Origin: Tetramitus jugosus
Lineage: Eukaryota > Protista > Heterolobosea
DNA: 64,000 bases
Reading direction: 5' to 3'
NCBI GenBank assembly: GCA_937625935.1
Contig: OW569367.1
Span: 248,001-312,000, forward strand
Positions 21,812 through 35,245 of this stretch are shown piece after piece (the stretch's first letter is position 1; every line of letters begins with the position of its first letter). A program made the position numbers and the translations under genes. The notes under the pieces are model-generated. The model saw only the letters and a list, made by a program, of their open reading frames with translations. It did no database searches and was not told the DNA's origin.

Positions 21812-22157
21812 ATTTTGTCACAGTAGTTTTATAAATCATAAAGTCCTTCAAAAAATCCCCGAATTATTGGAAGCTCCATTACAATGGCTATTCTTGCGCA
21901 CCAAACCAGGAATTTTTTGTGGCGATCCAAAAACTTCAATTCAAAAAAAAGCAGCATTCCCACACATCATCATACCTCATCACAACGTATTGTTTTGTGT
22001 TACGATCGTTCCACCCTCGAGAGAAAACGTAGCTTTTGTTGATCACCAAGTCTCTTTCACAGAGTTTCACTTATTTTTTTTGCGCGCAAAAACAAGTTCA
22101 CAAGCTTTCCACACATAAAAAAAAACAACAAATCAACTCTCTCTGACAATACACACA

Positions 22158-25100
22158 ATGGGCAAAATCAAACCCACTCCAGCATGCAGCAAACCAACAG
22201 AACAAATTGTAAGTCATCATTTTTTCAATAATGTTCTGAGAGAATCAATTGAACTTTTTCGTGTACTCACACACATCATACATTTTTTTCTACTGATCAC
22301 GCAGCCAACTGAGGTCAAGCAATGGATTGAACAATTGACAACTTGTCCACAATCTGAATTGTCTCAGATCATTGACCAAATTCCATATCATACACCAAAC
22401 AAAATCGAAACCAATAATACTTTGACTGATCATCACAATACGAATGATTCTTCTCATCAACAACAACAGCAACAGCAAGAAACTGAAGCAGACAACTCAT
22501 TTACTCTCCTGTGTAAAAAGACAAACATTATTGATTGGATGGAAGTGTTTAATCGATTTGATACGATTCTCGAACAAACAATATCAAGTAGCAGTATTCT
22601 ACAACTTCGAAAAGAAGATATTTATTCCCCTCCAACATCAGCTTCCTCAGCCACCAGTCCAACAGGCATAAAGAAGACGAGTGTGGAAGACTCTGCAACC
22701 ACAATAACAAGCAGTAGCAATAGTAGTGCAACAGTCACTCCTCTTGTGGATGAAACACCAGAGCCTTTGTTAATTCAAAAGGTGATGAATTTTTCTGGCT
22801 TCTTGTTGTCCAACATCAAGCAACCTGGACTCTATAACTCCCCTGAGGTATGATAAGATCTAGAATTTTTTTGAATTCCTTTGTTTCATATGTGGTGTTT
22901 GTTTTATTTGAGTTTTTCTTTTTTATGAATAATCCAATGATGATCGTATACTTACTCTCTTCTTGAACACACATGTAGCATATCGCATGCATGCTTCAAT
23001 CAGAAAATGTAAATGTGGTAGAATCAGCCTTGGACTTATTCTATGTGTTGTTTGAGCGATTATTGTACAGTGTTGCTGTGAACAAGCTGCTACGGAAGCC
23101 AAAGCTACTCAATCGCATATTAAGTTTTTCTTACGGATATGGCGCGGATTCATTGAGAATGCTATTTAAAGAAGAAGGATTAGATAAGTCGGTATGTGTT
23201 GTGAGATTGCTATTTTGAATGATCCATTGGTTACTGCTTTCTTTTCAAAAAAAAACATGATCACTAATTATTTCATTTTATGTTTTTAGGTCATGGCAAA
23301 GGGAAATTCACTGCACTATGAACTGTACAGCGATTCATACAATAATGAAATGAAATCATCAACACCTACTTCGAAGAAGAAGCAAGAAAAGGCATCAGTC
23401 AACGCTCAATCGCTTCAAGTCATTGATATTCCAAATGTTCATGATGGATACAAGACAGCATATGAACTCTACAAACAAATCCTTGCAGATTATGATGTAC
23501 CGGAATACAAGCATGAATCTTTGTGGGCAAGAATTAGAATCGTGTTTGCTTTCCAGAGCACTGAAGAACGAGTGAGATGGACCTCAGTTCGATTGAAGTC
23601 GTTTGCTCTTTTGGCGTTTAAGAGCCACTATCATAACTTCCTTGATATTTTCTATACCTATCAACCGAATTTCGAAACTGAATTGAAGACTATGTTGGAA
23701 GAGCATTTACTCCCTCATGAATTGGCCATTGGTGCGCTGCGTATTTTTACAGCATTTTTCAAAGCCAGAAGCCGTCTATCAATACTGTTGACAACTATCT
23801 TCCCGCCAGGCGTTCCTGCATACAATAACTTCCTTGTGAAACTGTTGCACGAAGTAACTAAGCCTGGTGTACAAACGATTCAACAAAGAGAAATGAGGGA
23901 CGCATTGTTCGAGCTGTTGACCAACATGGCTTTGTCTAAAATGGCGCACAAGTCCCTCTTTTCATCCGGATTGGTGAGTGATGCCGTCATGTTGCTATCC
24001 GCCAATGTATCTGAAGTTGTTACTGCAAAAGCACTCCGATTCTTGGATACATTCCTCGATCACAAGTCAACCGTCGCTCAAATCGTGCAATCTGGTGTGC
24101 TTCATGAAGCTGCCACACTTCTCACTCGATATTTATCTCTAGGTGAAAAGTTGAGAGAGGAGTCAAAGGATACAAGCACGGAACAAACTGTTTCAGACAG
24201 ATTATCTCCTACTCAATTCCAGATATTGAAATCTTGTCTAAAAATCGTGGTCGGTGTTATGCACTTTAGATCGAATCAAGTCAATGTCCGTGAGTTAATG
24301 GAAGGAGAATTGTTGAAGCTTATTGGAGCAGTGTTGACAAATTCCAAATTTTATGGATATTCAATTAGTCTCTACATTTGCAAGTTATTGGCAGCTGCCT
24401 TGAACAAGGAACCGACATTTATTCCTTCTGTTAAGCAGGCAGGAACATTTGATTTGTTATTGAAAATTATGAATGGTGAAATTATACCAAACGAAGCTGT
24501 GATTCAATCTATTCCAGTGATAGCCAATGCTTTCTGTCTGAATACTGCCTGCTCTGACGAGCTTACTACATCTGGCGTTTTCCAAAAATTTTTGGGTGCG
24601 GTTCTAACCGAACCATCATACACGAGTATTATGATCAATGAAAATCTGACGCATCAATTAGGAAAGCGTGTGAATGAGTTCATTAGACACCACTCTGAAA
24701 TGAGAGAGCCAGTTATTAACTGCTTAGTATCTTGTCTGGGCACTATGAATTCCAAAGCGAGTCAACCTGGTGTATTCGATGTCGTGGACAAAGAAAAGAA
24801 TGAGTTCTTGGGTTCCGTACAAACAATCATCTCAAGTGTGTCTGATATTATCCTAGCAAACAACGAAGTGGGTAAAATGTTTTGTGACAAGGGAGGACTC
24901 ACCCTTTTTGTGCAACTGTTCCTCAAGGTACCTAGCACAACTCCCAACAGCGCACGAGAACAACGAATGTTTCTACCAGTTCTATCCCTGTTGAAGAAGA
25001 TTTCACGCTCCAATTCTACCCAGACGTTCGAAGTACTATGTACAGCTATTCGAGAGAGTCTTCAACACTGTGATTCTTTTAATGATGAGAATGAGGATCA

Positions 25101-28100
25101 CGTCAAATGCCTCATAAATTTGAAACTCTTGCTCAGATTATTCTTGAGTTCCTGTGGTAGAACTCAACCTACATTCTTTGCTGATTGGGAAACTGTGAAG
25201 GGGCCAGAGTTGTTGGAATCATTGACGAAGCAACAAATCAATGTTGCATGGGGAATCGGTAAAAGAAGAATGAACAACAATGAGAAAGTCTTGGCTGACT
25301 CCTCAAGCAAAGATGGACAGGAGACCACATCATCTACAACAGCATCATTAACAACAGTAACAAAAAGAAGACTATCTCTCAAGCAGAAAGAGAAGACAGA
25401 GGACAAGACGTTGAAATTGATGGAAGATTTTATGAATTTCGTATATCGATTCTATAGGTTCTTGCAAACAACAATATTCCATGGCATAGTCGACGAGAGA
25501 GGAGCCAATAGCTCCTCTATCACTAGTTCAAAGACTTTGGCGACTCACTTGTGTACAAATTTATTACTAATGATGGATTTAAAGAATCATGAAGATGTAT
25601 CAATTCAGAGGAAATGTATCTATCTTGAGTTTGTACTACCATCAATTCATGAGTCTATCGTGAGCGAGCTTTATCGTAACAACAATACGGTTGTACTTTC
25701 GCAATTTTTAAATTCGAAGGGTGTTCATGAACTATGCAATCTGTTTGAGAATATCACAACCAAAGCATTGACTGAACCTTTTACGAGCTTTAATGATCCA
25801 AACGCAAAGGGAAAGCAATCCAATTGTTTCGAAACATTCCTTCTACGTTCTATCAAATTGCTCCGTAGACTTGTCTCCCTGCCATACACGAATAACAGTC
25901 CAGTAACACAAAGCTTGCGAGTGTCTGATCCAACATTGGATACACCAAAGTTGGTCGAGTCGATACAAAAGGTTGTAGCACAAGCCATAGTGAAACTATG
26001 GAAAATGCCAGAGCTGTTTAAAATTAACGAGGAGTTCACAATTGTTTTTGTGAATGTTGTGGCTCATATCATCAAGGAGAGTTCCACAGAAGAAAAACCA
26101 ACCCAGGAGAAGAAATCTGATCCTGTTGCGTTAGCCACTTTAATGTCAATGGGATTCTCAGAGAAGGCATCTGCTGATGCTCTGCAGAGGTGTCATCAAG
26201 ACATGGACGCTGCCATTGAATGGTTAGTCTTGAATCCTTTCGAGGAACCACCAGCAGAAGATGAAGAAGAGGAAAATGATGAAGATGAAGTTGAGAAAGC
26301 CATCAGAATGTCTATGCAGGATGATGAAGAAATGGATGACACAACAATAGATTATATATCCGATCTCAAGGCAGGTGCCATAGAATGGACCTTGGAGGTC
26401 GTACGCAATGCCCGGTCACTTGCTTTCCCATGTGCTGATCTCTTGAGTATTGAATGTAAGGATGATGAAACAAGAAAAAAGACATTTAATATTCTTTGCG
26501 ACACCATCAAATCTCTCTCCAACGCTGAAGGCGTAAAGCAACAGAGTTTAGAATCGTTGTTGAACACTGCAAGCATCCTCTTTGAAAATATTCCAGAAAT
26601 GCGCGTGTTCGCGATCGAGAGCTTTGTACCAATACTAATCGATATTTTAACTCTATGCGCGAGTGATCTGTCTCAGGCATCAATTCCCGTATTGACACAC
26701 ACGCTTGAAATATTAACACAGTTGACAGGTGCTCCAAAGTCCAATCAAAAAGATACTGTTCAGTACACTCTAGAAGAGTACAGCGAATTAATTACTAAGA
26801 ACACTCTACCTCTCGAAACCAAACAAGCTGTGCTGCAAACTAGTTTGAAATTATTGGATAATCCAAAGAAAATGGACAGCCAATCAATTACAAGTCTGTT
26901 AACACTTATTTCCAACTTGACAATGTCCAAAGAGTTGGCAAACGAGGTGAGAAGGTTAGGTTGTATTGAGAGAATCATCTCGCTTCCTGCTTCAGTCAAA
27001 TCATCAAACTTCTTCTCCCAATTCCAGGCTATACTAGAACACATTGCCGAAGACGATACGCTCCTTCTGGAATCTATGAAGTATTCCATTAGAAAGGTTC
27101 AACCATCTGGTAGAGCTATGAAATTCACTCCCAATGAATTCCTACAGCACTTTAAACACCTATTGGCAAGAAACCCTAAATTGTTCTTCAAGGCTGTGAA
27201 AGAAACTTGCAAGATTAGAGAGAAGGAGCTTTATTTAGCGCCTGTCGAAAACGCCAAGTCTGAGCCTGCTGAACAACCATCGAACTCAGACAACTGCCTG
27301 GAACAAGTCCTACATTTGCTGCTAACGGAGATTGTAACAACTGCAACTACTGGATCCAAGAGAACAGCCATAGAGCAATTTGATCTCCTAAAGGTTGTGT
27401 CCGAATTCGTACTGCAGTATAATTGTGGCTCCCTGGTTCTTGCATTCAAACATGAATCTATGGGAGAGGACAACTTTTTGCACTTCATTTTGTGGAATCT
27501 CATGCCATACACAACACATCCAAAGAGCTCTCTTTTGAAGGACAATGTTGCCCGACGCGCTTACTTGTCATCAAAGATGTCTGCCTTCTTACTCAGTGCA
27601 CTGACTGTTCACCACTATGCTGAAGTTTTCACCGCTATTTCAAAACTAATTGCAGAAGTACCCTCAGGAACTAGCAAATCTCTACGTACGATTCATGCCA
27701 TTGGTGATTTCTTGCTCCATCTCTTGGCTCGCTCTCGGAGACCAACCACTGAAAACCCAGACAATTTAGCCAAGTTGATGTGCAAGTATGAATTGGCTTC
27801 ATCTCTAGCGGATTCTTTCGAAAAGTTCGATTTGAACCATCCTGATACACCAGATGCCACGAATTCAGTTTTGAAGCCTCTGAGTCTTATGATTCGCGCT
27901 ACCAATGCCTGTAAATTGAAAGATGCTGATCTCCCTGACATGTTACTCAGCTTTGAAACTGAACTTTACCGATCCGAGTATAAGAGAATTCGACTTCGAG
28001 ACCTACTTAACGCTCAGAATGAAGAGGAACAAGCAGGAAACACACCTACAGAACCAATGAATCCTGAACTCGAACAACCTGCCACTCAAACAATCGAAGA

Positions 28101-31100
28101 GGAACAGCCAGATGAACAATCAGAAATATCAACACAACCCGATGAACAATCAGAGGACATCCCTGACGATGAAGAAGAAGAAGAAGAGGATGAGGAGGAA
28201 GAAGATGAAATAGAAGAAGATGAAGAAGAAGAAGAGGACGATGAGGACGAGGATGATCAATATGAACCACTAGAAGAAAATATTATTGCGCAGTTACCAG
28301 AAGAAATATCTGCTGTTGGTATGTTTCCCACAATCCAACGGATCAGGGATGCTTTCCCTCAAGTCGACTCCATTGAAGATCCTACTCTACATCAGCCAAT
28401 GAACACTGATTGGGATCAACCATACGAGCAAGAAAGAGATGAAATGGCATCAGATTTTATCAATACCCTCGCTGAACGAAATCCATTCTTTAGAGTTATC
28501 GATTCTATTGGAAGAGGTGATGAGAATCACTTTTTCCAAACGATATTTGACTCTGTGATATCTCGTGGCGGTGGCTCCGCACAACCTAGAAGTGTTCTCG
28601 GCCACGAAAACGTGAATATTGGTGTAACATCAAGTGATGTGCCAACACCAACAAGGATTAATCTTTTGTCAGGACTTGGTAGATTCAACTCAATCGCACA
28701 AACTAATCAAACTTCTGGATTGAGCAATGCACTCATGGAGGAAATGCGTGACCAAACTGATACTCAACCAGTGAGTCCCATTGCAAGCGATCGCTTTTCT
28801 TCGGAGAGACCATCATTTTTATCATTCCGAGGCCATTCTGTCAACCATGATGAAAGTGACGAAGACAGTGACTCTGATGAGGTTACACCTATTCGTTTTT
28901 CACGTAACACAATGCTCTCTTACATGTCAGATACTCCATTTATGGAAGCACCAAACAACGCTACCGAACAAACAACCGAGAGTGTTGCTACTACTGCATC
29001 TGCAGAGACGGGGACACCAATATCCGCACCAACAACATCAGCAGTAACTCCTACCCTTGAAACAACTTCAACCGAAACAACGACCACTGAAACCGATACT
29101 GCAACATCAGCAGAAACACCATCTGAAACCAAGACAGCAACACCAGCAAATGAAACTGCAACAGCTTCTGTTGAGAGTGAGCCTTCAACTACCTCAGGAG
29201 AAGCAAGTAGTTCAAGAACAGAGCCAGTTGAATTTGCAATCGATCCAACCTTTTTGTCTGCGTTACCTGATGATCTCAGACAAGAAGTGCTTCAAATGCA
29301 CATCGAGCAATTGGTCAATACATCTACGACTCAAAACGCAGAATCTACTATTAGTAGTGAATTTTTGAATGCCCTACCTGCTGAAATTAGGAACGAGGTT
29401 CTCGAACAGGAGAGAGTGCTTCTTGCAAGACAAAGATCTAGAGCTCCACCTGTGCCTGCCTCGACTACCACATCTCAAGCAACAAGTGCAAATGAGGACC
29501 TTGACGCTGCTTCTTTCATTGCTTCTTTGGCTCCTGAATTAAGACAAGAAATTCTAATGACAGCAGATGAATCTGTTTTGGCGCAATTGCCGCAGGATAT
29601 GATAGCGGAAGCATATGCATTGAGAACCAGACTTCCAGAAAGACCTGGTTTGTCTTTGTTCAATAGTCGCGCACGAGAATCTCTCTCAAGAATACCAGCT
29701 AAGACTTATCTCTCCAGAAAGGCTACAGGAACTGCTGAACAAGACTTTGATCCGATCCTATCCGAAAAGCAGGTGATTTCTCTATTGAGACTCATTTACG
29801 TATCGCGATCCATCAGTCGAGATCTGATATCTAAGATATTGTATCTCTTGTCAACGCACAAGAAACTCAGACCATCAATAGTTAACATTTTGTTCTCAAT
29901 ATTACGACATCATTCAACTCCTGAAGATCAAGTTCCATCAAGGATCGCTCCGGTTGTGCTACACAAAGTTTATGGTACTACATCTTACGCATCATTCAAC
30001 ATCAAGTCCAGTAGTGCATCTATTCCTGTTGGTGTAACCAAGAGAATTTTGGATGTCTTAATGGGTTTGACCAGAAATTCGAGTGTTGTTGAAGAAATGG
30101 TGAAGCCTAGCGAATTAGAAGGAAATGATAAGGATACTCCTATCAGCTTACTCTTCTCATTCCTTTCTGATCCATACTTTGCAGGAGGAAACCGAATGCT
30201 GGAAATGATTATGAAACTTCTACACCTGTGTATGGGCCATATTGTCGTTCTACCAAAGGCTTACAAGGAGCAGGCACAACATCTCAAAGAACAAATCGCA
30301 ACACTCAAAGCATCTCTTGCATCCAAAAGTGAAACCGAAAGCGCAGAACAAAAGAAAGATGAGAAGAAAGAGGATGAAGAAAAGAAGTTGAAACAATTGG
30401 AAGAAGATCTTGCAAAGATTGAAGAAAATCAACTGAAAATTACTGGCCAGCTGTCTGCAATTATGAACGAAAAGTCTGTTGGACAACTAGTGAAAGCTCT
30501 AGTTCGCCCTGACTGCCCTGAACTAGGTGTGAGATGTGCTGTCTCAATTATGACCAACATGTGCACACTGACTCCTTCCATTCGCGGCACAATTCTCAAA
30601 GAATTGAGTGAGATTGCTCGAAGTGAAGCTCATTCAGTGGTGAAGACTCTGAACGCATCTTCTAGAAAATCTGAAAAGTCCTCTGTTGCTCTAGCATCAA
30701 CAAAGAAATCCCTTCAAGAATTGAAGTTCTGTAGAATATTGCGCACATACACAGCAGTCTTGAAATCAAGTTCAGAAAAGAAGGAAGCCACAGCTGACGA
30801 AGAAACTGGTGCTGAGAAGCCAATTGCACCTGTTAATATGCACCTGTTGAGGGAGCATTCACTTGATTTTGTCTGGGAAGCTCTAGATGACTACTTGACG
30901 CATATTCCAGATGATGACGAACAAGAAGAAGAAGGTAAAGTAGCAAGACGACCAGACAAGAAGAAAAAGAAGAAGTCTACTTCACTATACACAGCTTTAC
31001 TGCCCCTTGTCGAAGCATTCTTCTCGTTCCATGCTGGATTCATGGAAGAAAAGGAGCAGTCTAGCTCAGACCTCACAGCTGAGATGGAAACTACGCCTAC

Positions 31101-32376
31101 ATCGTCATCTCCAAAATCGAAGGTTGAAATCTTCTTGGAAAAGAACAGAAAGTTTCTCAACTCACTTGCTCGCTCCAATCCAAGCTTATTGAATACGACT
31201 CTGTCATTAATGATGAAACATCCAAGATACGTCGACTTTGATAACAAGCGATCATGGTTCAGAAGCAAGCTTGCCGAAGATCAACGTCGTATATCATATG
31301 ATGGTTCTGTCAGAATTAATGTCCGTCGTGAACACATCTTTGTTGACTCTTACTATCAGGTGAGACAGAGAGAACCGGAAGAATTGAAAGAAAAATTGTC
31401 TATTCGATTCCAAGGAGAAGAAGGTGTTGACGCTGGTGGTTTGACCAGAGAATGGTTCTCAGTGCTATCCAAGGAGATGCTGAATCCTAACTATGCCCTA
31501 TTTATTCAATGTGCTGACAAGACCACATACCAGCCTAATCCTTCATCCCATATCAACAATGAGCATTTGTCCTACTTCAAGTTTATTGGAAGAGTCATCG
31601 CCATGGCCATCTACCACGAACAATTGCTCGATTGTTATTTCACAAGATCATTCTACAAGCATATGCTGGGTCTTGGTATTAAATATCAAGACATTGAGTC
31701 CATTGATCCAGATTACTACAAGAACTTGAAGTGGATGCTTGACAATGATATTGATAATGTGCTTGACTACACCTTCACCCAGGAAATTGAAGAGTTTGGA
31801 GAAAGAAAAGAAGTTGAACTCAAGCCTAATGGAAAGAACATACCGGTAACCAATGAGAATAAGCATGAATATGTGCGCTTGGTCACAGAACTGAAAATGA
31901 CTACATCCATCAAGGAACAATTGATTGCATTCTTGGAGAGCTTCTTTGAGATTATTCCAAAGGAATTGATCTCTGTATTCAACGAGCAAGAACTAGAACT
32001 ATTGATGAGCGGTCTTCCAGACGTCGACATTGATGATCTGAGAAACAACACTGAATACGAAGGATACACTGAGAACAGCCCAGTTGTTCAATGGTTCTGG
32101 AGAACAGTTGAAGGAATGAACAGAAATGAGAAGGCTTTGCTCGTTCAATTTGTCACTGGTACCTCAAAGGTTCCTCTTGATGGATTTAAGAGTTTGTTAG
32201 GCATGCATGGCATTCAACGATTTAACATTCACAGAGTACATGGCACTGATCGATTACCTTCTGCCCACACGTGCTTCAACCAATTGGACCTACCAGAATA
32301 CGAATCAGAAGAGGTTCTAAAGGAAAGACTCATGACATCTATTCTTGAGGGTAACGTTGGATTCGGTTTCGTGTAA
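22158..32376 (+). CDS. HUWE1: HECT E3 ubiquitin ligase HUWE1/TOM1/UPL1-like, about 3297 aa; exons 22158..22208, 22305..22847, 22979..23191, 23290..32376
   Basis: Three phase-0 introns join the ORFs and restore LYNSPEHI. UBA (LMSMGFS), UIM-like segment, IDPTFLSALPDDLRQEV repeats, and a HECT domain ending RLPSAHTCFNQLDLP...GFGFV. Confidence 0.95.
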
Positions 32377-32444
32377 TCCAATCAGGATCAATAAAACATT
32401 TTCAAACAAGAACCACACTTTCCTGAATACAATAGACAGACCCA

Positions 32445-32478
32445 TTCCCGCCAAAAGTCAAATTTTTCCGCCAAAAAA
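32445..32478. promoter_or_regulatory. Tandem E2F-like motifs (TTCCCGCCAAAA, TTTTTCCGCCAAAAAA) upstream of APC11
   Basis: Two near-identical motifs within 50 bp of the ATG that resemble TTTSSCGC-type sites. Confidence 0.45.
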
Positions 32479-32491
32479 CAAACAACTAAAA

Positions 32492-33154
32492 ATGGCAAAG
32501 ATAAAAATCAAACGATTGCACATGGTTGCAAGTTGGACATGGAATGGACCTGAGGAACTATGTGGTATATGTCACACTGAATTAGATGGATGTGCACCAG
32601 AGGCTCAATTTCCAGGTGATGATTCACCTGTTGTCTGGGGACAATGCACTCATGCGTTCCATCTGAGCTGCATCGACGAATGGTGTCAGAAGCAAAACGA
32701 TGCTCCTACGTGCCCCATGTGCAGAAGACCCTGGGAGATTGCAGCGGACAATAATGAGAGCAACAAGGGCGCCGCACAACACGACGAAAACGTAAATAAT
32801 ATCTCCGCGACCAGTGAGAGTCTACTTATGACTCCGCTCCCGCAAACACAGAGCTCAATACAACCGCCAAGTTCTGTCGCAACTCCGACACCACTACAGG
32901 TCAACGACAGTGATGATGATGAAGATGATGAGTTGTTGTTGCAAGCAGAACATGTAACAACACCAACATCAATCTCTGGGATAAGCTTAGCTCCACGGTA
33001 CCATCACCATGATCACCACCACCTCAACAGTGCACAGCACGATGAAGAGTTTGATGAGCTCATCATATCAAGGATCGATCCAGTGAGTGAATTTTATAGG
33101 AGCGACAGTCGTGTCAACTTTAGTATGGACGACGATGACTTACACCATACATGA
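32492..33154 (+). CDS. APC11: APC11-like RING-H2 protein with an acidic C-terminal extension
   Basis: KIKIKRLHMVASWTW, CGIC, PGDD-P-VWGQCTHAFH and CPMCR. Confidence 0.88.
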   Translation: MAKIKIKRLHMVASWTWNGPEELCGICHTELDGCAPEAQFPGDDSPVVWGQCTHAFHLSCIDEWCQKQNDAPTCPMCRRPWEIAADNNESNKGAAQHDENVNNISATSESLLMTPLPQTQSSIQPPSSVATPTPLQVNDSDDDEDDELLLQAEHVTTPTSISGISLAPRYHHHDHHHLNSAQHDEEFDELIISRIDPVSEFYRSDSRVNFSMDDDDLHHT

Positions 33155-33293
33155 TGATGAGCCCAACAATAAAAAGAAACAACCCATCGCTCAACAAGGC
33201 ACTGAATACAAAAAAAGCTCACAAAAAAAGAGGAAAAGGCTTCAAGTTTGTACATGACTTAATTGTTTTGTTGTTGTTGTTTTTATGATGAAT

Positions 33294-33710
33294 TTAAGCA
33301 AATTGCAAAGCCTTGGTCAAGACAGCGCTCTCGCTAACTTCAGAGTAGTCAGTAGCTTGGACTTCGAAGGAGATACCAACCAACTTGTCCTTCAAGACAG
33401 CCTTGGTACCAGCGTAGATCATCTTTCTCTTGACTCTAGCAGTCTCTGGAGCCCAGTTGACAAAGATAATCTTGTTGATGTCTCTGCCTTCGTGGGAGAA
33501 GTTGAAGTCGATGACAGCGTAGACACAGTCGTCCTTTGGCAAAGCAGCGATAAAGTCGTCGAATGAAGCGTCCTTTGGTCCAACAGTGGTCAAGACGACT
33601 TCAGTGGCAGCTTCGTTCATTGCGAAGAGCAAGAACTTTGCGGACTTTGACAACTTCAAGTTGTTGAATTCTTGGATGCATTGGTCGTTGATCTTAATTC
33701 CGGTTGCCAT
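33294..33710 (-). CDS. Actin-depolymerizing factor / cofilin
   Basis: YAVIDF, KIIFVNWAPETARVKRKMIYA and VQATD; strongly biased codon usage. Confidence 0.96.
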   Translation of the reverse strand: MATGIKINDQCIQEFNNLKLSKSAKFLLFAMNEAATEVVLTTVGPKDASFDDFIAALPKDDCVYAVIDFNFSHEGRDINKIIFVNWAPETARVKRKMIYAGTKAVLKDKLVGISFEVQATDYSEVSESAVLTKALQFA

Positions 33711-34270
33711 TTTGCTTTATGTGTTTGTTTGTTTTGGGTTTGTTGTACAAAGGGTTGTTGTGTGTTTTCTGAAAAGAAGATTTGTCTCGGTTGTGTGAAA
33801 GTCGACTCTTTTAAAAACCATGCTTGACAGCCAGTGGTTCTCGATTGACAGTGCGATGATGACGTTCAATGACGTTCGATTGATGGACGAAGCCTGTCGT
33901 CGGTGACGTTTTTGATGCTTCTTTGATTGACGAGCAAAAATTACAAAATTTGTAAAAATACTCCTAGCACTGTAGAGTCATGCTGGACACACGATCACCG
34001 GTGGAGATGTCCTATAACTTGAACTAACCCGATAACACAAAGGATCCAAACTAAGTTCATCAGTGTTTGTCTAACCTTCTCTTGACAATCGGGGTCTCTG
34101 ACAACATGAGTATTTTCTCCGCTCGATGAAGTTTCATTCCGACATCCAAAAACAAAAAACAACAGAAAACACATCTGGTGGTAATTATTGACAACAACTG
34201 AGTCTGGTAATCTGTTTGCAATATCGGTTCAACATTGAAGACAGCTGTGCCAATCATATCCCAGTTAAAG

Positions 34271-34984
34271 ATGATCAGTTTGCCCATTTGTTGTGCTTCT
34301 GACTCTGGAAATGTCATTACACGTTACTCTCATATCTGGATTGGAGATGCAAACGATGCAACGAGTGAGCACTTTGTCACAGAAAACAACATTGGAGCCA
34401 TTGTAAATTGCGTTGCTGATTTAACGCCCAGTGTGCACGCACAGAAACATGGAATTGATTATTTGGAAATTAAGGGACTTCATGACCGAGGTCATCACAA
34501 TATTAAGCGATTTTTTGAACCTGTGAAACAATTTATTGATGAAGTGTTGCAGAAACGAGGTCAAGATGAGAGGAAAAACATCTTGGTTCATTGCACATCT
34601 GGGGTCTCACGTAGCTCTACGCTCGTTTTGGCCTATTTGATGCAAACAGGTCATGTTTCAGTGCGGGAAGCTCTGTCTACAGCTAGGCGTAGTCGTCCTT
34701 GTGTGGAGCCCAATTTTGGTTTTTGGCGCCAATTGTTGGAGCTTGAAGCAGAGTTGGGTTTGTGTACGGAGGAGAGCTATCCATTGGAAGAGTATGTGTT
34801 TGATTCGTTCAGAGAAGTATGGTTCGGTGATGCTGAATCATGCACAAATACCAACAATAGTAGCTGGACATTGGAAGAACAGAGAACAAGAGCTGGAGCG
34901 GTCATCTCGGAAATGATTGAAAAGCATGGAACAAACATGTTCGAACTAGAAAACATTCTCTATGACTACCAGTTCCAAACGTAG
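34271..34984 (+). CDS. Dual-specificity protein phosphatase
   Basis: ILVHCTSGVSRSST, LAYLM and RPCVEPNFGFWRQL. First ATG at 34271. Confidence 0.92.
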   Translation: MISLPICCASDSGNVITRYSHIWIGDANDATSEHFVTENNIGAIVNCVADLTPSVHAQKHGIDYLEIKGLHDRGHHNIKRFFEPVKQFIDEVLQKRGQDERKNILVHCTSGVSRSSTLVLAYLMQTGHVSVREALSTARRSRPCVEPNFGFWRQLLELEAELGLCTEESYPLEEYVFDSFREVWFGDAESCTNTNNSSWTLEEQRTRAGAVISEMIEKHGTNMFELENILYDYQFQT

Positions 34985-35245
34985 CTGTCTACAGTAAACA
35001 GAGTTCCAAATCGCTCCGGAAGTCCCAAATCGCACCACCAGAATCAGTAATTCCAGTAAAAAGTCGATCCGTAGTTGAGTCTTTGCGAACATGGACCCGT
35101 TTATTTACACGAGTTGCCCGATCGAGAATATCCCGCAATTCTCCACCCAAAGCTCAACACTTTAAATCTGACACATGCCGTAACCTTGCTTCCACACACC
35201 AAAAACAAAAGCACAACTTTTTCTTCACATACATACTTTATAACA

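Noticed and set aside
28105-28157. Short direct repeat (QPDEQSE twice) in HUWE1
   Set aside because: Ordinary local duplication in a disordered acidic region.
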